A stretch of 63,924 bases of DNA, filler included, from Nemertoderma westbladi (taxonomy: Eukaryota > Animalia > Xenacoelomorpha), in NCBI GenBank assembly GCA_032718475.1. It is 3 parts of 3 records of this genome, joined end to end, with 100 filler letters (N's around TTAATTAATTAA, not from the genome) between each part and the next. Parts side by side here need not be neighbours in the genome. Positions count along the whole stretch, not along the records: positions 20,845 to 43,747 come from JAUCBJ010005063.1; 2 more parts are not named here. The stretch is one strand, 5' to 3'. The position numbers were made by a program, and so were the translations under genes. The notes beneath the pieces are model-generated. The model worked only from the letters and a program-made list of their open reading frames with translations. It was not told where the DNA came from and made no database searches. Below are positions 24,501 to 37,360 of this stretch, one piece after another (the stretch's first letter is position 1; each line of letters starts with the position of its first letter).

Positions 24501-27500
24501 GTGCATGGGTCTGTTGTCTACAGGTGATGAATTTAACAGACGTGGAGACCTAGCACTGGCCGGTGTAGGAAATGTTGTGAAAGTTGTGGATGACTTAATG
24601 ATCCATACTTCTACTCTGGAAAAACATATTGCATCTGTTAGAAAAGTGCTTCAGCATTGCCGTGAGAATGGCATAACTCTTAATGCTGATAAGTTTGTTT
24701 TCGCGCAGTCAGAGGTAAAATATGCTGGCTATATAGTGGGTGCATCTGGCATTAAGGCAGATCCATCTAAGGTATCCGCTATCAAAGAATTTCCACAACC
24801 GACTAACATATCAGAACTACAAGCTCATTTTTAGGCCTAGCAAATCAATTAGGTCATTTTTCGGTTGAGATTTCAGGTGCTGCTGAACCACTACGACCAC
24901 TGCTGTCAAAACGAAACATTTATGAATGGAATTAATTGCATTCAAAAGCATTTCAACGTGTTAAAGATGCCTTGTCGTCACCACCTGTTTTACAATGTTT
25001 CGACGTAGCAGCTAGAACCATACTTCAAACAGATGCATCACGTTTGAAGGGATTAGGTTTCGTTTTACTCCAACAAGATTCAGCAGAAAACATTCATTTA
25101 ATACAATGTGGCTCCAGATTCATCTCTAATACAGAATCTCGCTATGCTACTTGTGAGTTGAAGATGCAAGCTGTAGCTTGGGCAATGAGAAAATGTCGAC
25201 TATATTTGACAGGATTGGCCAAGTTTGAGCTTTATGTAGACCATAAACCACTAATCCCTATTCTAAATGATAAGGGATTGAATGATATTAACAATCCTCG
25301 TTTAATGAGATTAAAGGAAAAACTATATCCGTTCTCTTCCATAGCTGATTGGATCAAGGGTTCACAACATATAATTCCCGATGCACTTTCTAGGGCTCCA
25401 GTTAGCAGTCCAGAATGTGATGATCAGTTGTTAGCAGAACCTGACTTGCTTGATGTAGTGAATATCGCAATGATCCAAATTAATAATGATAACATGGAAG
25501 CCCATCCTACTGATCTATCTCTACAGAAATTATGTACAGCCGCCAATTCTGATCCTATTTATCTTGAGCTAATAAATCTTGTTATCAAAGGATTTCCCAA
25601 GGATAGGAAAGATGTTCCTGTAGAGTTACTGCCTTTTTGGAATATAAGAGACAAACTGTCAGTTCAGCGTGGGTTAGTTATACTTGGTACTAGAATAGTT
25701 GTGCCAGTATCATGTCGTAGGGATGTATTATCATGACGGCATGACAGTCACCAAGGTGAAGAAAGGACGAAACGTAGAGCTCGCCAAGCTGTATTTTGAC
25801 CAGTGATTAATTCTGACATTACAAATTTGGTTTGTTCGTGCTCTGAGTGCCAACAACGGCATGCTTCACTTCCCGCCGAACCTTTACAAACAAATATAAT
25901 GGCAACTTATCCTTTTGAAGAAACATCTGCAGATATATTTTATTACAGTAAACATGCCTATATGGTATACATTGACCGTCTTTCAGGATGGCCAATTGTT
26001 GCAATGTGGAAACATGAACCAAATTCTGATGACATCATCAGGTGCTTAACACAGTTCTTTTCGGATACAGTTGTTCCCGTTAAATTTCGTTCAGACCAAG
26101 GACCTCAATTTCGATCGAAGAAATTTAAGGACTTCATGAATTTGTGGAATATCAAACATTATATGTCTGCTCCACACTTTCCATCCAGCAATGGGTTGGC
26201 TGAAGCTGCTGTACGTAGTATGAAGCACTTAGTTGCAACTACACAGGGAGATATTACCCATCCCCGATTTCCATAAAGGGATGCTTGAATACCGCAATAC
26301 ACCTCGCGACTGTGGATTATCTATCACCTGCACAGGTTATTTTTGGGCAAAGTTTGCGATCACGTGTACCTACTTTGCGCAATGAATTCGACAACCGATA
26401 GCAGGAACTAGCAAATATACGTGACAAGAAATCTACACTCAAAAACGCCGAAGAAGGGCGACCACTACAACCTCTTTCATCAGGGGATACTGTGTGGGTA
26501 CAAAACAGAAGGACAAAGAAATGGGATTCAAAAGGTGACATAGTTGTTGTTGAAGGTAGAAATTATAACATAAAGATGGCAAACGGCAGAGTCCTAAAAC
26601 GTAATAGACGCCATATTAAAAGATATTACAAGACGGTCCGATTTAGTGAACCCTTACTCATAGATTCCCCTGAACCAAGCTTAAGGCGTGGAAGTCGTGA
26701 TAAGAAGCCACCAAACTATTATGGAATAAAATAGAAAAAAAATTCTTCAGATCTCCAAAATTTTACTATTCTTTGCGATCTTGGGGAGGTGATGGGTTAT
26801 GTGCTATACTATATTAATATTTGGTCACAACATTAGTAGAGTAAATCAATATTGTGTGTGCATTACCAATAAACTCAAGTAAGCAAATTACATCCCACTT
26901 CCTACAATGGGATAATTCAGCTGGTATTATATTAAAGTGATACATTAAATGGTGGTGGTTGAAAAGATTAATATATAACATATATTGTTGTAATTGTATG
27001 GTTATTCATTATGTCCAGTTTCCAGTTGTAACTTAAATTTAAAGATTAAAATTATATTAATAATAATATGCATTAAAAGTTTATACTTTAATTATTTTGT
27101 ACCTGCGGATAATTACCGCAAATATATCACCTGTCAAACCCCAATCATATTCCGCGGTCCGTGATCACTCTATAGAAACGGTCACCCAATCTGCTACACT
27201 GACTTTAAACCAATAGGTAGAGCTGCATCTGACTTCGATCTACTAATCAAAGGGAGTCTGTTAATAACAGAAACCAGACCGACACTTAACATACAGGATA
27301 CATATTTTCCACTTTATTTGTTTTAGAATAATTCCTGTATTGTAGGTTCATACTGTAGGTTTTTTCTAAATAGAGTTTTACTCTACGTCTAGCCTGTTAC
27401 ATTTTTGTATGGTTCTATTTGTACTGCTGGTGTATATTGTAATGTGCCTACCTCTATATTTACTGTTATCATACTGTATCATTATTGATTCATCCCTTGT

Positions 27501-27660
27501 TTTTACCAACCTTAGAATTCAGCTTACTTGTTATACCGTGTACTGGCCTAGTGTACTTTAGTATTTAGAATAATTTGTATTTTGTTTTACATATATTCCA
27601 TTGATATCCATTGATATTGATTCCAAATGATATTAGTAATATATCGAAACGTCTGGTTCA
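21546..27660 (+). mobile_element. Penelope-like element 3' fragment (GIY-YIG endonuclease), split by the Gypsy insertion; pieces at 21546-21819 and 27135-27660
   Basis: LPFLG..., LYKFTCGSCSATYIGKSKRHFKVRVYEH..KPV | KPQSYSAVRDH..DLLIKGSLLITETRPTLN..LYLF*. Hammerhead relic GAAACGTC at about 27646. Confidence 0.8.
21820..27129 (+). mobile_element. Full-length but decayed Ty3/Gypsy LTR retrotransposon (Mag-like)
   Basis: LTRs 21820-22156 and 26790-27129 (TG..CA, only a handful of differences). TSD CCTGT (21815-21819, 27130-27134). PBS TGGCGCAGTG at 22157. PPT GGGGAGG at 26783. Motifs DTGAG (protease), CVDFTRLNK and VVDD (RT), TDASR (RNase H), HQG..C..C and RSDQGPQF (integrase). Many stops and frameshifts. 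Confidence 0.95.
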
Positions 27661-28668
27661 ATTTAATTTTTAATCAATTTAATTTTCAATTTAATGTAAT
27701 TTTTCCTGTTGCACTTGCACTACTATTCATACTCAGAATAGTATATTATTGTAGCTCTAGCCAATCAGGGAGCTAAATGACAGAACACATTTTTCTTTTC
27801 TTCACGATCACCATGTCCAAAAATCTGTGGAAAAATGGAGACAAGAAAGAAGCTAATAGCTTCTTAATAACAATTGGTGGTGTATTATTTTTGATGCTCC
27901 ACCCACACTGTAGGGCATGCATACGCATGGTGCTTAAAAATTTTACTGTTAAGATTTTGCTGTAAAATGTATATGTTTTTTTACATAATTATCAGGGTTT
28001 TCTTTCAATGCAATTTAAATGACCGCTTTGCCATTATTGGTTTCAGAAAAAAAAATCTTCACGATAATTGAAATGTAATAATTGCTGTTATGAACATTTT
28101 TATAAGGGTCTTCGATTCGATTCGAGTCGATTAGATTCGAATGGGGAGTACTTTCAAAACATAAAACCGAAGGGAATGCAATTTTTGAGGGACACTTACT
28201 TGGTACGCAAATCAAATATTAATAAATTATTGCTGAAAACTTGGATGTTTATTGCAAATTGTTTTATGATTGATTATGATTTCTTTCTGTTTTTATGATT
28301 CTGAAAGTAGGCCTCCTTTTATTCTATTTAGCTTTAAAGAGGAAGAAAAATCAATACAATCAAAATCAAAAAGAAAGGAAAAGGCAAAATTTAGGACAAT
28401 TATTTTCCCTAAGGCATTGATTGGTAATTTGCCCTATGGCTGGTGTTTCAAATTAGCATTGACTGTATTTATTTAAAAACTACTAACTTGTTCTAGAAAA
28501 GTTTGATTTTTCCGAATAGTAGGGTTTGACAACTTTGTATATTTCAAAATAATTTCCTGTTACTTTACTTTATTTTTACTATCAACCAATCAATAAGCTA
28601 TAATAATAATAAGCTAATAAGCATATTAATTCGATAAGTTCATCAATTTATGTTCGTTTATCTCATAG

Positions 28669-29171
28669 GACCCTGGCAACTGATTCAACGTAGGGTGGAT
28701 GGGAACCAAGATTTCTACATTGGGTGGTCGTTTTATACAGCGGGATTTGGTAATGCCGAATCGAATCTGTGGCTCGGGTTGAACAACATCCACGAACTTA
28801 CCTTATACGGAACCAAACTGAGAGTGGATCTCTGGTATAATGGGAATCACGTTTATGCTGATTATACTTCCTTTGTAGTGGAATCATCAACCACCAACTA
28901 CAAGTTGGTCGTGTCAGGACATAGTGGAACAGTAGGCGACTCTTTAGGTGGACACAGCGGTGACAGGTTCTCAACCAAAGATCGCGACAATGATTCATAC
29001 TCTATGAACTGCGCTCAATTGAAGCATGGGGCATGGTGGTATGGGGCTTGCGCATCATCCAACCTCAATGGGATTTATGGTACAGGAGGCCAGAATGGTC
29101 CGTTTTGGTACTCATATGACAATAGCTACCTGCCAGCTGATAAAGTCGAAATGAGTATTATAGTTGTATAA
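28669..29171 (+). CDS. Terminal exon encoding a fibrinogen C-terminal (FReD) domain; ficolin/tenascin/MFAP4-like protein
   Basis: WQLIQRRVDG.QDF..W..Y..GFG..LWLGL..RFSTKDRDND..NCA..GAWWY..C..SNLNG.Y. Acceptor TCTCATAG ends at 28668. Upstream exons were not found. Confidence 0.9.
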
Positions 29172-29503
29172 TAATATCATTACTTAAATGATTATTAGAT
29201 AGTCTTATACAGCCAAGGAATGCCTGCCTGTTCATTATACCTCCATACATGAGTGGTCTTAATTTCGGTAATATTCTGTATTTCATGTCACTTATGTAAT
29301 GAAAGTGTAGATGGCATCGATTTAAGGAAATTTTTGAGGTAAAAGTAACTCTCTTTATGTTTTAAAAAATTTTAATTGCATGTTCCATGTTATATGTTAT
29401 ATTAGAGCGAAGGGAAGAAATAAAATGGAAATCTCCGATCGAAGCGCAGAGACTTTAAGATAATCGGAAGATAATCTCTTTAAACTTATATTTATTTATT
29501 TAT

Positions 29504-32500
29504 TGGGGGAAACATGGTTCTAATCAGGCCAGGTATTCTAGGTCATTGATCAAGAAAACTTGCCACCCCATGCAGCATAAAGGAGGTGCCACCTGTAGCT
29601 GCATAGACCCGCTTACTAGGGCAAATCTGGTCCTGTAACTAGGACCCCCTTCGTTCTGGGATAAGGACGCCCTTGGTCCTGGATTAAGGACCCATATACT
29701 TGGCTGCAGGGGTATATGGCCTGGCCAGGCAGATGGTGATCTACCAATGGCTGGTCAGGAGTAGAGTGTTCTCATGTCCACTCTGAGTGCACTTCACTGC
29801 GACCTGCACCTGGCAGCAGGGGTACAGGGCATGACCCAGCAGATGAGCTGCACAGCCAATGGTGGGTCATGTGCGCCAGAGTAGATATGGGTGATATGCC
29901 TCATATCTGACTCCACTGCGACACCCACCCTGTGGAATGGCAAACCAGGGTATGGTATTTGCCCCGAGAGCTGACTCGGCAAAACAGCACCCCCCAACCC
30001 CCACTATGGATTACATTAGTAATGCGGAGGTCCGGCCACTAGAGGCCAGTGGAATGACTGGACACAATCGGCCTCACAGGCGTCAGTTAACTCCTGACCG
30101 GCTGCCTGTCTCACCCCCTACTGGAGAGAGAGCGGCAACCAATTCTTTGAGTCCCTTTCCTGATGACCTTTCTGACCCAAACCCTGGGTCACCATGGAGG
30201 CCAGATTGTGAGGGGGAGAGGGATTCTGGAGTTGGAGGCTACTCTCATGTTCCACCCCGACCAACAAAGTCATTGCTGAATCTGAGGCAAGTCACTAGAC
30301 TAGCCTCAGTAAACACCCTAACACTCGGGTCCCCAATGCGACAAGGTGAGCTGACTGCCTTGGCAGATAAGCTTTCTCTTAGTGCAGTGGGTGTTCAAGA
30401 GCACCGAATGCAGACTGGACAGACTGATTAGGTTCTGATTAAGGACATGGGGGGCGGTTGGCGACTCGCCCTCGCTTCAGCAGATGATAGTGGCAATGGT
30501 GGAATTGGTCTATTGATGAATCCAACTGCACATGCACCATTAGACAAAATAGACCCAATCTCTAACCGCATCATCCGTTGCCACTTCTCATGTTCTGGAA
30601 GACTGGCTAAGAAGTTTCCTAAGGTGGTTCTGATTGTGTGCTACTCTCCAACTAGTGTTGCCCCTGTAGAGGAGGTGAGGTGGAAAATTTCTACCAGAAT
30701 CTACAAGCAGCTACTGATGGAGTGGATCAGCATGCATTCTTAACATTCCTGGGAGACTTTAACCCTATTAAACCCGGGGGGGGGGGGGGGGTCAATATGA
30801 CCTTTCCCGTGGTTTTTTTATTATAATTCTGAAACAAACGCAGTTGGGAATCTGAAATTTTATGACTTTTCCTTAAAATCTATTGTCTTCCTAGTAGTGA
30901 AAACCGTTTTCAAAAATATTGGGTAGTTTTCGAGTTATAGCACAATTTTTTAACCCTACTTTTGCCACTTTTTTGAGACGTTTTTTGAAAATTACATTTC
31001 ATTAAATATTAATTGTAACATCTCTATTTTAGATTTATACCGGTTTTTTGGTGTTAGCAATTGGATGGAATTCATATAAATTGATTTAGAAATTTCAGAC
31101 TTGTTTTTTTCGGCGGGTGCCAAATTTTGGTGCCAGCACCAAATTTTGAAATATGTCAATTTTGTAAATTGATTGTTTGAAACTTGTCTTTTACGCAATT
31201 GGGGTTTTTTGGGGTTCTGGTTTCGATAAAATATATGCGAGTTGCACCAAGCGTATCAAACTTGTATTTTTCGGTGCTGTGTGCAAATTTTGGTGCTAGC
31301 ACGAAATTTTGAAAATCCATTCAATATATAAAATTGCTTGTGACAATTTATTTCTTACATTTTAGAGGTTTATGGCTGTTCTGAAGTCAATGGAATATAT
31401 AATTATCGAACTAGACATCTCAAACTTGTATTTTTCGGAAGTGGGTGCTAAATGTGGTGCTAGCACCAAATTTTGAAAACCATCAAATATATCAATTGAT
31501 TGTGTCATCTTGTTTCTTGCGTTATTCGGGTTTGTTAGGGTTCTGAATTCAATGGAATCAGTAAAAATTTCATAAGAGTTTTCAAACTTGTATTTTTCGC
31601 CGGTGGGTGAAAATTGTTGTGCCAGCACCAAATTTTGGAAAATGAGTAAATTGATCAGTAGATAGTATCATCTTGTTTCTTGCGTTATACAGGTTTATGA
31701 GGGTCCTGAATCCGATGGAATCAATAAAAACAGCACTGGACATCGCAAACTTGTACTTTTTGGTCATTGGTACGAAAATTTGCCAAATTACGCCGAAAAA
31801 TACAAGTAGCAATGATCTGGCATATTTGAAATGTATTCCATTAGAATCAGCGCCCTAGAAAACTTGAAAATGTGAATTTATAGCATCGTATAAGTGAATT
31901 AAAAATTTTGTGTTCTAACTGAAAAGTGCTGGTTACTTGTTTTTTTTCATTTTTTTCATACGCATAGAGGACTAAGCAGCCATTTATGGTAATCATATCA
32001 TTTTTAAATATTTTCCAATGTATTTTGCGCCCCAGAAAACCTGTATTGAAAAACAATTAGCCGAAAAATGTAACTTTCAAATTTTGTGAAAATTGTGCAC
32101 TACTTGTAATTTTGGTGCTGCAATATTACCACCCCAGTACATTTTTTCGGTCGGATCCAGACTAGTGATACCTACGTACAAACAAAAAATCAGACGTTTT
32201 CGTTAATATTTGTAGATATTAGAGGGATGGGTCAATATGAAACCCCCCCCCCCCCCCCCCGGTATTTGTACAGCATTTTATAGCCCGGTACTAATAGGGT
32301 TAATGCAAGTCTGCATCAATCACCTACATCGCCCTGGGTCTATAGCAATAGTGTTAACCGAAATTCCGTCCATCTTCAGGATTTTATCTCTGGAAATGGA
32401 TTGTTTTCGGCTGGAACCCAGTTCAAGAAGCGAACTGGAAAGCTATGGACTCATAGTGGACCCAGTGGTCACAAGTCCCAGATAGACCATATCCTGTTTC

Positions 32501-34220
32501 GTAGGAAATACAGGAGCTCAATACAAGGCTGTAATGCATTTACACTACGACCCTTCTCCAGTGATCACCACCTTATTGTGGCCAAGGTAAGACTTAGTCT
32601 GCGTGCTAGCAGAACAACGAAATCTGCCTTACCGCGGCATGACTGGTCCTCTCTTGCAACAGCCAAGTGTGAGATCCAGCTTCACACTACAGCTGAGCAA
32701 CAGGTATGAGGTTCTTGCCTCTGAGGCGGCAGATCACTGTGAGGGCTATACTGCATTCACAGAGGCAGTTAAGTTAGCAGCTGCAGAAACAGTTCCTGTA
32801 TACCCTCGAAACAGGAAACGGGCCCCTGGACTGACAACAAAATTCAGAAGTGCCGAAATGACCTCTAAAAGGCGCAGAAAGAGTCCCGACTCAAACAGAC
32901 TACAGCGGCCAAGACTGCAGTTAAGGCTGCATCTAGGTCCCTGAACAGGCAGTACTCTGTTAATTTACAGGAGCTAATAAACCAACAGGTTGATGCCATC
33001 AATGATGTTGACGACAGCAGGCAATCATCCCAGGCATGGAGATCGATCAACTTGCTTGCTGGTCGAAAAAGCCAACCAACCACCAAGGTTAAGGCTGAAT
33101 CAGCAGCCGATCGCCTCAATGGTTAGAAGGCCCACTTTGAAAAGCTCCTCAATAATGACAGGGTATTGCCTGATAAAGGGTATTGTCTGAGTCTGTACTC
33201 CCAGTTATTCCCATTGGTGATATCTCCTTTGCAGAAGTGAAGGCTGCTGCAAAGAGCATTAAGACCAATCGTGCCAGTGGAGTAGATGGTGATTGTTGTT
33301 GACTATGTTCTACGCACGCATGTCCTTAGATCATCATAATGATGATGGGGTGATGACAACCTGCCGGCTCCAGAAGTCGAGGAAATCCTGACAAGTACCT
33401 AACTGATCTAGACTTTGCTGATGACTTAGGAGTACTCTCAGAATCACTAGAGGGAGCCCAACGGCTCCTCAGCTCATTAGAACAAGCTGCTTCTAGTGTT
33501 GGTCTTTTTATTAATTCCAGAAAGACCAAAATTTTGAAAGTTAACTTTGAAAGTCCTCAGCAAGTCTCTGATCGGTTGAGCATAAGCTCAAAAGATGGTA
33601 TGCTTGAGCATATGGACGACTTCTGTTACCTGGGATCATGGATCCGGAAGTCAGGTGAGGACCTTCGAATACGTAAGGGAAAGGCACGGCAGCCTTGAAT
33701 AGGCTTTCCAGGATTTGGAAGTCACCGAGAATTAAGGTCCGATTATTTAGAGCAGCAGTAGTTCCAGTACTCCTCTATGGGAGTCCATGCTGGGCTCTAA
33801 CTGCTGAGGACACCAAATCTCTGGATGGCACATTCACAAGAATGCTACGCCGGGTTCATTGTGCCCAAGTACAATGCACACATCTCCAACCAGACACTAT
33901 ATAACATTGGAGGTGTCTCATTGGTTCCCCCAAGCTTGACACTAGAACAAAATCGCCACCGCTTTGCAGGACATTGCTTTCGCCGTGAGGACCAGCCAGT
34001 GCATAATCTTGTACTTTGGCAGCCTCATGGAGTGAATAAGCATGGTGGACAGCCCATGACAATCTTGAGACGCATCATCTGGCCTTGAAGATGCGGATGA
34101 TCTAGCAAATGTCATGGGTGATAGGGCGTTGTGGCGGTGCAATTTTGTCGATAAACCGGTACAGCATTCTTAAAAATGCAGCTGCAATGCAGCATGCCGA
34201 TCCTAGTAGTAGTAGTAGTA
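29504..34220 (+). mobile_element. Near full-length decayed RTE-like LINE (APE endonuclease + RT) with an internal RT deletion
   Basis: VGVQEHR, GGIGLL, CYSPT, GDFNA (split), SQIDHIL, SDHH, DLDFADD, YLGSWI, RFAGHC. (TAG)n tail at 34204-34220. The RT N-terminal domains are missing around 33290. Confidence 0.88.
30763..32299. mobile_element. Non-autonomous piggyBac-like transposon
   Basis: TTAA TSD (30759-30762, 32300-32303). Ends CCCTATTA..CCGGG / CCCGG..TAATAGGG. Splits the LINE GDF|NA motif. Internal GCACCAAATTTTG repeats. Confidence 0.9.
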
Positions 34221-34377
34221 ATTATAAATTATAATGAAAGGGTAAGAATAAGAATAAGTAAGAATATAATAATAATTCCAACACCTTTATAACATTGCGG
34301 GTTGTGTGGTCAAGGGGGAACTTTCTACCGTAGAAGGATAGAAAGAACCCGGGGGGACTCCTCCGAGAGACGGCTTC

Positions 34378-36990
34378 ATGGGGGTAGCACATTTACTTAA
34401 TTTTATAAGGTGTAATTATAATACCCGTGTTCTAACTTTGACATCGAGCCTATTGGATTTAAATAGGAAAGTTGCGGAACAGAGGTGTAGGAAGCAGTTT
34501 TTGACTTCCTGTTACAACGAACGCACGACTCCGCAAAGTCTAAAAGTGAGTCCACCAGGTAATTTTAAACCAAACTTTTCAAATAGTGCGGAATAGAATT
34601 ACACAGGGGTGGCTATATCACAATGCAAAAGAGAGATAGAGGAGTTACAGTATAAAATCAAGTGCATTACACTGGCATTGAATGGGCATTATTTAGACCT
34701 TCACATATATTCTTTGGTGGACAAATTTGTTTCCATATATTATGATAATGTACTTTCACGTGGTATAGCTGGTTTTGAAAGTAAATTAAGGTGGCTTCGT
34801 GTGAAAAATAATAAGTTACCGCCGTCTAGAATAACTGTACAAAATACAGTGGTAAACATGAGTTCTCTACAGCTAACTGAACCGCAACTCAGTGTATTAT
34901 TAGGGTTAGGGTTTAATTATGAAATTGCCCCAAAATCGTTGCCCTGGACAGATTATGTGGTTGCAATAGAGTCGGCGGCAAATCGTCTGTCTGGTACAGT
35001 AGGAGCAGCGTTTAGACACGAGGCTATAGGCATTTTGGAAGCCCAGAGAAAAGTACCAATTACTCCAAACCTAACTGAGGTTGAGTGGGGGGCTGTTAAC
35101 GAACTACGAAAAAATGACTCAATTATAATTCGCCCTGCTGATAAAGGAAATAAAACAGTAATATTAGATAAGTAGAAAAAATGGAAAAGATATTAACAGA
35201 TACTACCCTGTTTATAAAATTAGAAAAAAATCCTGTAACAACATACGAGAGACGGGTTAATATTACATTACGCTCAAATAATAATTGTTAGTAAAAGTAT
35301 AAAGTAATTAGAATAAATTCATTAATTAGAATAATAATAAATAATTAATTATTTAATAAATATTATTTAATAAATGATGTAATATTATTTAAAAATTATT
35401 TAATAAATAGATTAAGAATTAAATAAATAGTAATTTTGCCAAATAATAATGAGTTACAAGTCAGTTTTGATGTTATTAACATGTTCGGCAATGTCCCGGT
35501 AGAGGGGGCTATAGAGGTAGTTATGGATGTTATCTCACAAGATCCAGAGTTCAAAGACCGAACAGGGATAAATGTTGATACTTTTCGTATATTGTTGGAC
35601 CTTGTCCTAAACCAAACAGCGTTTGTGTTTCAGGACAAATGTTTTTGTCAGATTAAAGGTTTGCCTATGGGAAATCCCATTTCCCCAATCCTTAGTTGTC
35701 TATTTATGTACAGTCTAGAAAGGAGAGCTGCTGAGCTGGGGATTTAACCTAGAGTGTGGCTACGCTATGTGGATGACACATGGTGTTTAGTTAATAAAGA
35801 TGAGGAGACTGTTAAATAATCTAAATTCATTACATAGCGATGAGAAAATTCACTGTAGAACACCAGCGAGAAGACGGCAGCCTCCCCTTCTTAGATACAT
35901 TGGTCACAATCCACCCGGGTAGTTCTAGTTCGATAAGCACCACAGTATATCAAAAACCAACACATTCGAATAGGTATCTTAATTTTAATTCAAATCATCA
36001 CCCTAGGATTAAACAAAGTGTATGCAAAGGCCTATATTATCGATCTAGTAGACTATGTTCCACAGAATCTAATAGAATTAAAACCCAAAATAGCCTAGCC
36101 AATACACTAAAATGCAACGGGTATCCGACACGTATCATATACAATACACAAAGGAAAATAAATAATGCAATTAAAACTCCAATATCCAAACAACCACGGG
36201 AAAAACCTGAAATTAACATAGCATTGCCATATGTACAAAATGTCACGGAGAGTTTGGAACGGTTGTGTAGGAAATATAATATTGGAACTTTCTCAAGAAT
36301 GGGCCGTAGCCTGGCGGCATCATACATACAGAATGGTCACAAGCCTGAGAGTAGTCCCAGGGGAATTGTTTACACAATCCCATGTGAGTGCGATAAAGTA
36401 TACGTAGGACAAAGTAAATACGCATTAGATGTAAGATTAGTAGCTCATGATGGCGACTTAAGACACGAGAGAGTAAAAGCTACAGAGTTAGCGGCACATT
36501 TAGTAGAGGAGAATCATGTCCCGTTATTCCATAAGGCCAAAGTAATAGGACGAGAAAGTAGGTTGTACTCCCGTTTAGTTCTCGAGAGTTTACATATAAA
36601 GAAGTTAGGACATCAAGCAATAAACAAACGGGTTTCAGTTGAGGTTGATAACTTTAGTGCAGGAAAAATTAATAAAATCCAATTTAATGATTGACGATGT
36701 GAAAAAAAAATGGTGTGTGTGTGGGGGGGGGGGGGTTGGTTGTAGATTATATTATGTTGTGTGCTATAAGTTGTGATTATACAGTACTGTAGTTATTAAT
36801 GTGTTTATTTGGTGTAATAGTAATAATTTGTACTGTAGTAAGTTCGTTTTGTGCAATATTCACTATTATCTCATACTGTATAAAAATTTATATTTAAGCA
36901 ACAGAATGTAGCACTACCGGTTACCAATTCATTATCTGATTTAGTGATTGATAACGGCTGCGATCTGCAGTTGAAATATATTTCCTTTGC
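34378..36990 (+). mobile_element. Penelope-like element (RT + GIY-YIG), decayed
   Basis: PADKGNKTVILD, VSFDV..MF.NVP, GLPMGNPISP, RYVDD, LPFLD, VYQKPTH..YLNF.S.H, GIVYTIPCECDKVYVGQS. Contains stops and an AT-rich replacement at about 35280-35435. Confidence 0.92.
36941..36990 (+). ncRNA. Degenerate Penelope-type minimal hammerhead ribozyme
   Basis: TTGATAA-C-GGCTGC(gatct)GCAGTT-GAAA-TATAT. U3/A8 core variant with a palindromic stem III; stem I is weak. Confidence 0.5.
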
Positions 36991-37360
36991 CTAGGCCCTA
37001 CCGTACTGCCGTACCGATTCGAATTGTATATATAGTACCTAATATACTGCTTGACAATTATATTTTATAAATTATAATAATATAACGCTGTACTGTATCA
37101 AACTTTATTTTAAATTATCAAATTAAAAAATATACATATTAATGAAAATATTAACTGTTTTTTTTCTATACAAAATTTGAATTTGTGCAATAACCATCAG
37201 TTGTCTCTTCTTTTCTTGTCTCGTCTTCAGTTGTCTCGTTTGTCTCGTTCTTTTATTTCAATCAATCAATGTTTATTTGGTAGACTGAAAACTTATTTAT
37301 GCTTTGCAAATATCTCTTAACACTCTTTGTATGTGGGTAGAAATGGCATTTCTGGTTTAA

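Noticed and set aside
29527-29756. HDV-like ribozyme at the LINE 5' end (GGCCAGG/CCTGGCC as P1, ..CCAATGG as J4/2)
   Set aside because: There is no P3/L3 pyrimidine loop before the P1 3' strand, so it is kept only as an unclassified structured module.
31362-31858. Short ORFs repeated at 37958-38442 as conserved genes
   Set aside because: They come from two copies of the same non-coding piggyBac-like repeat and have no transposase motifs.
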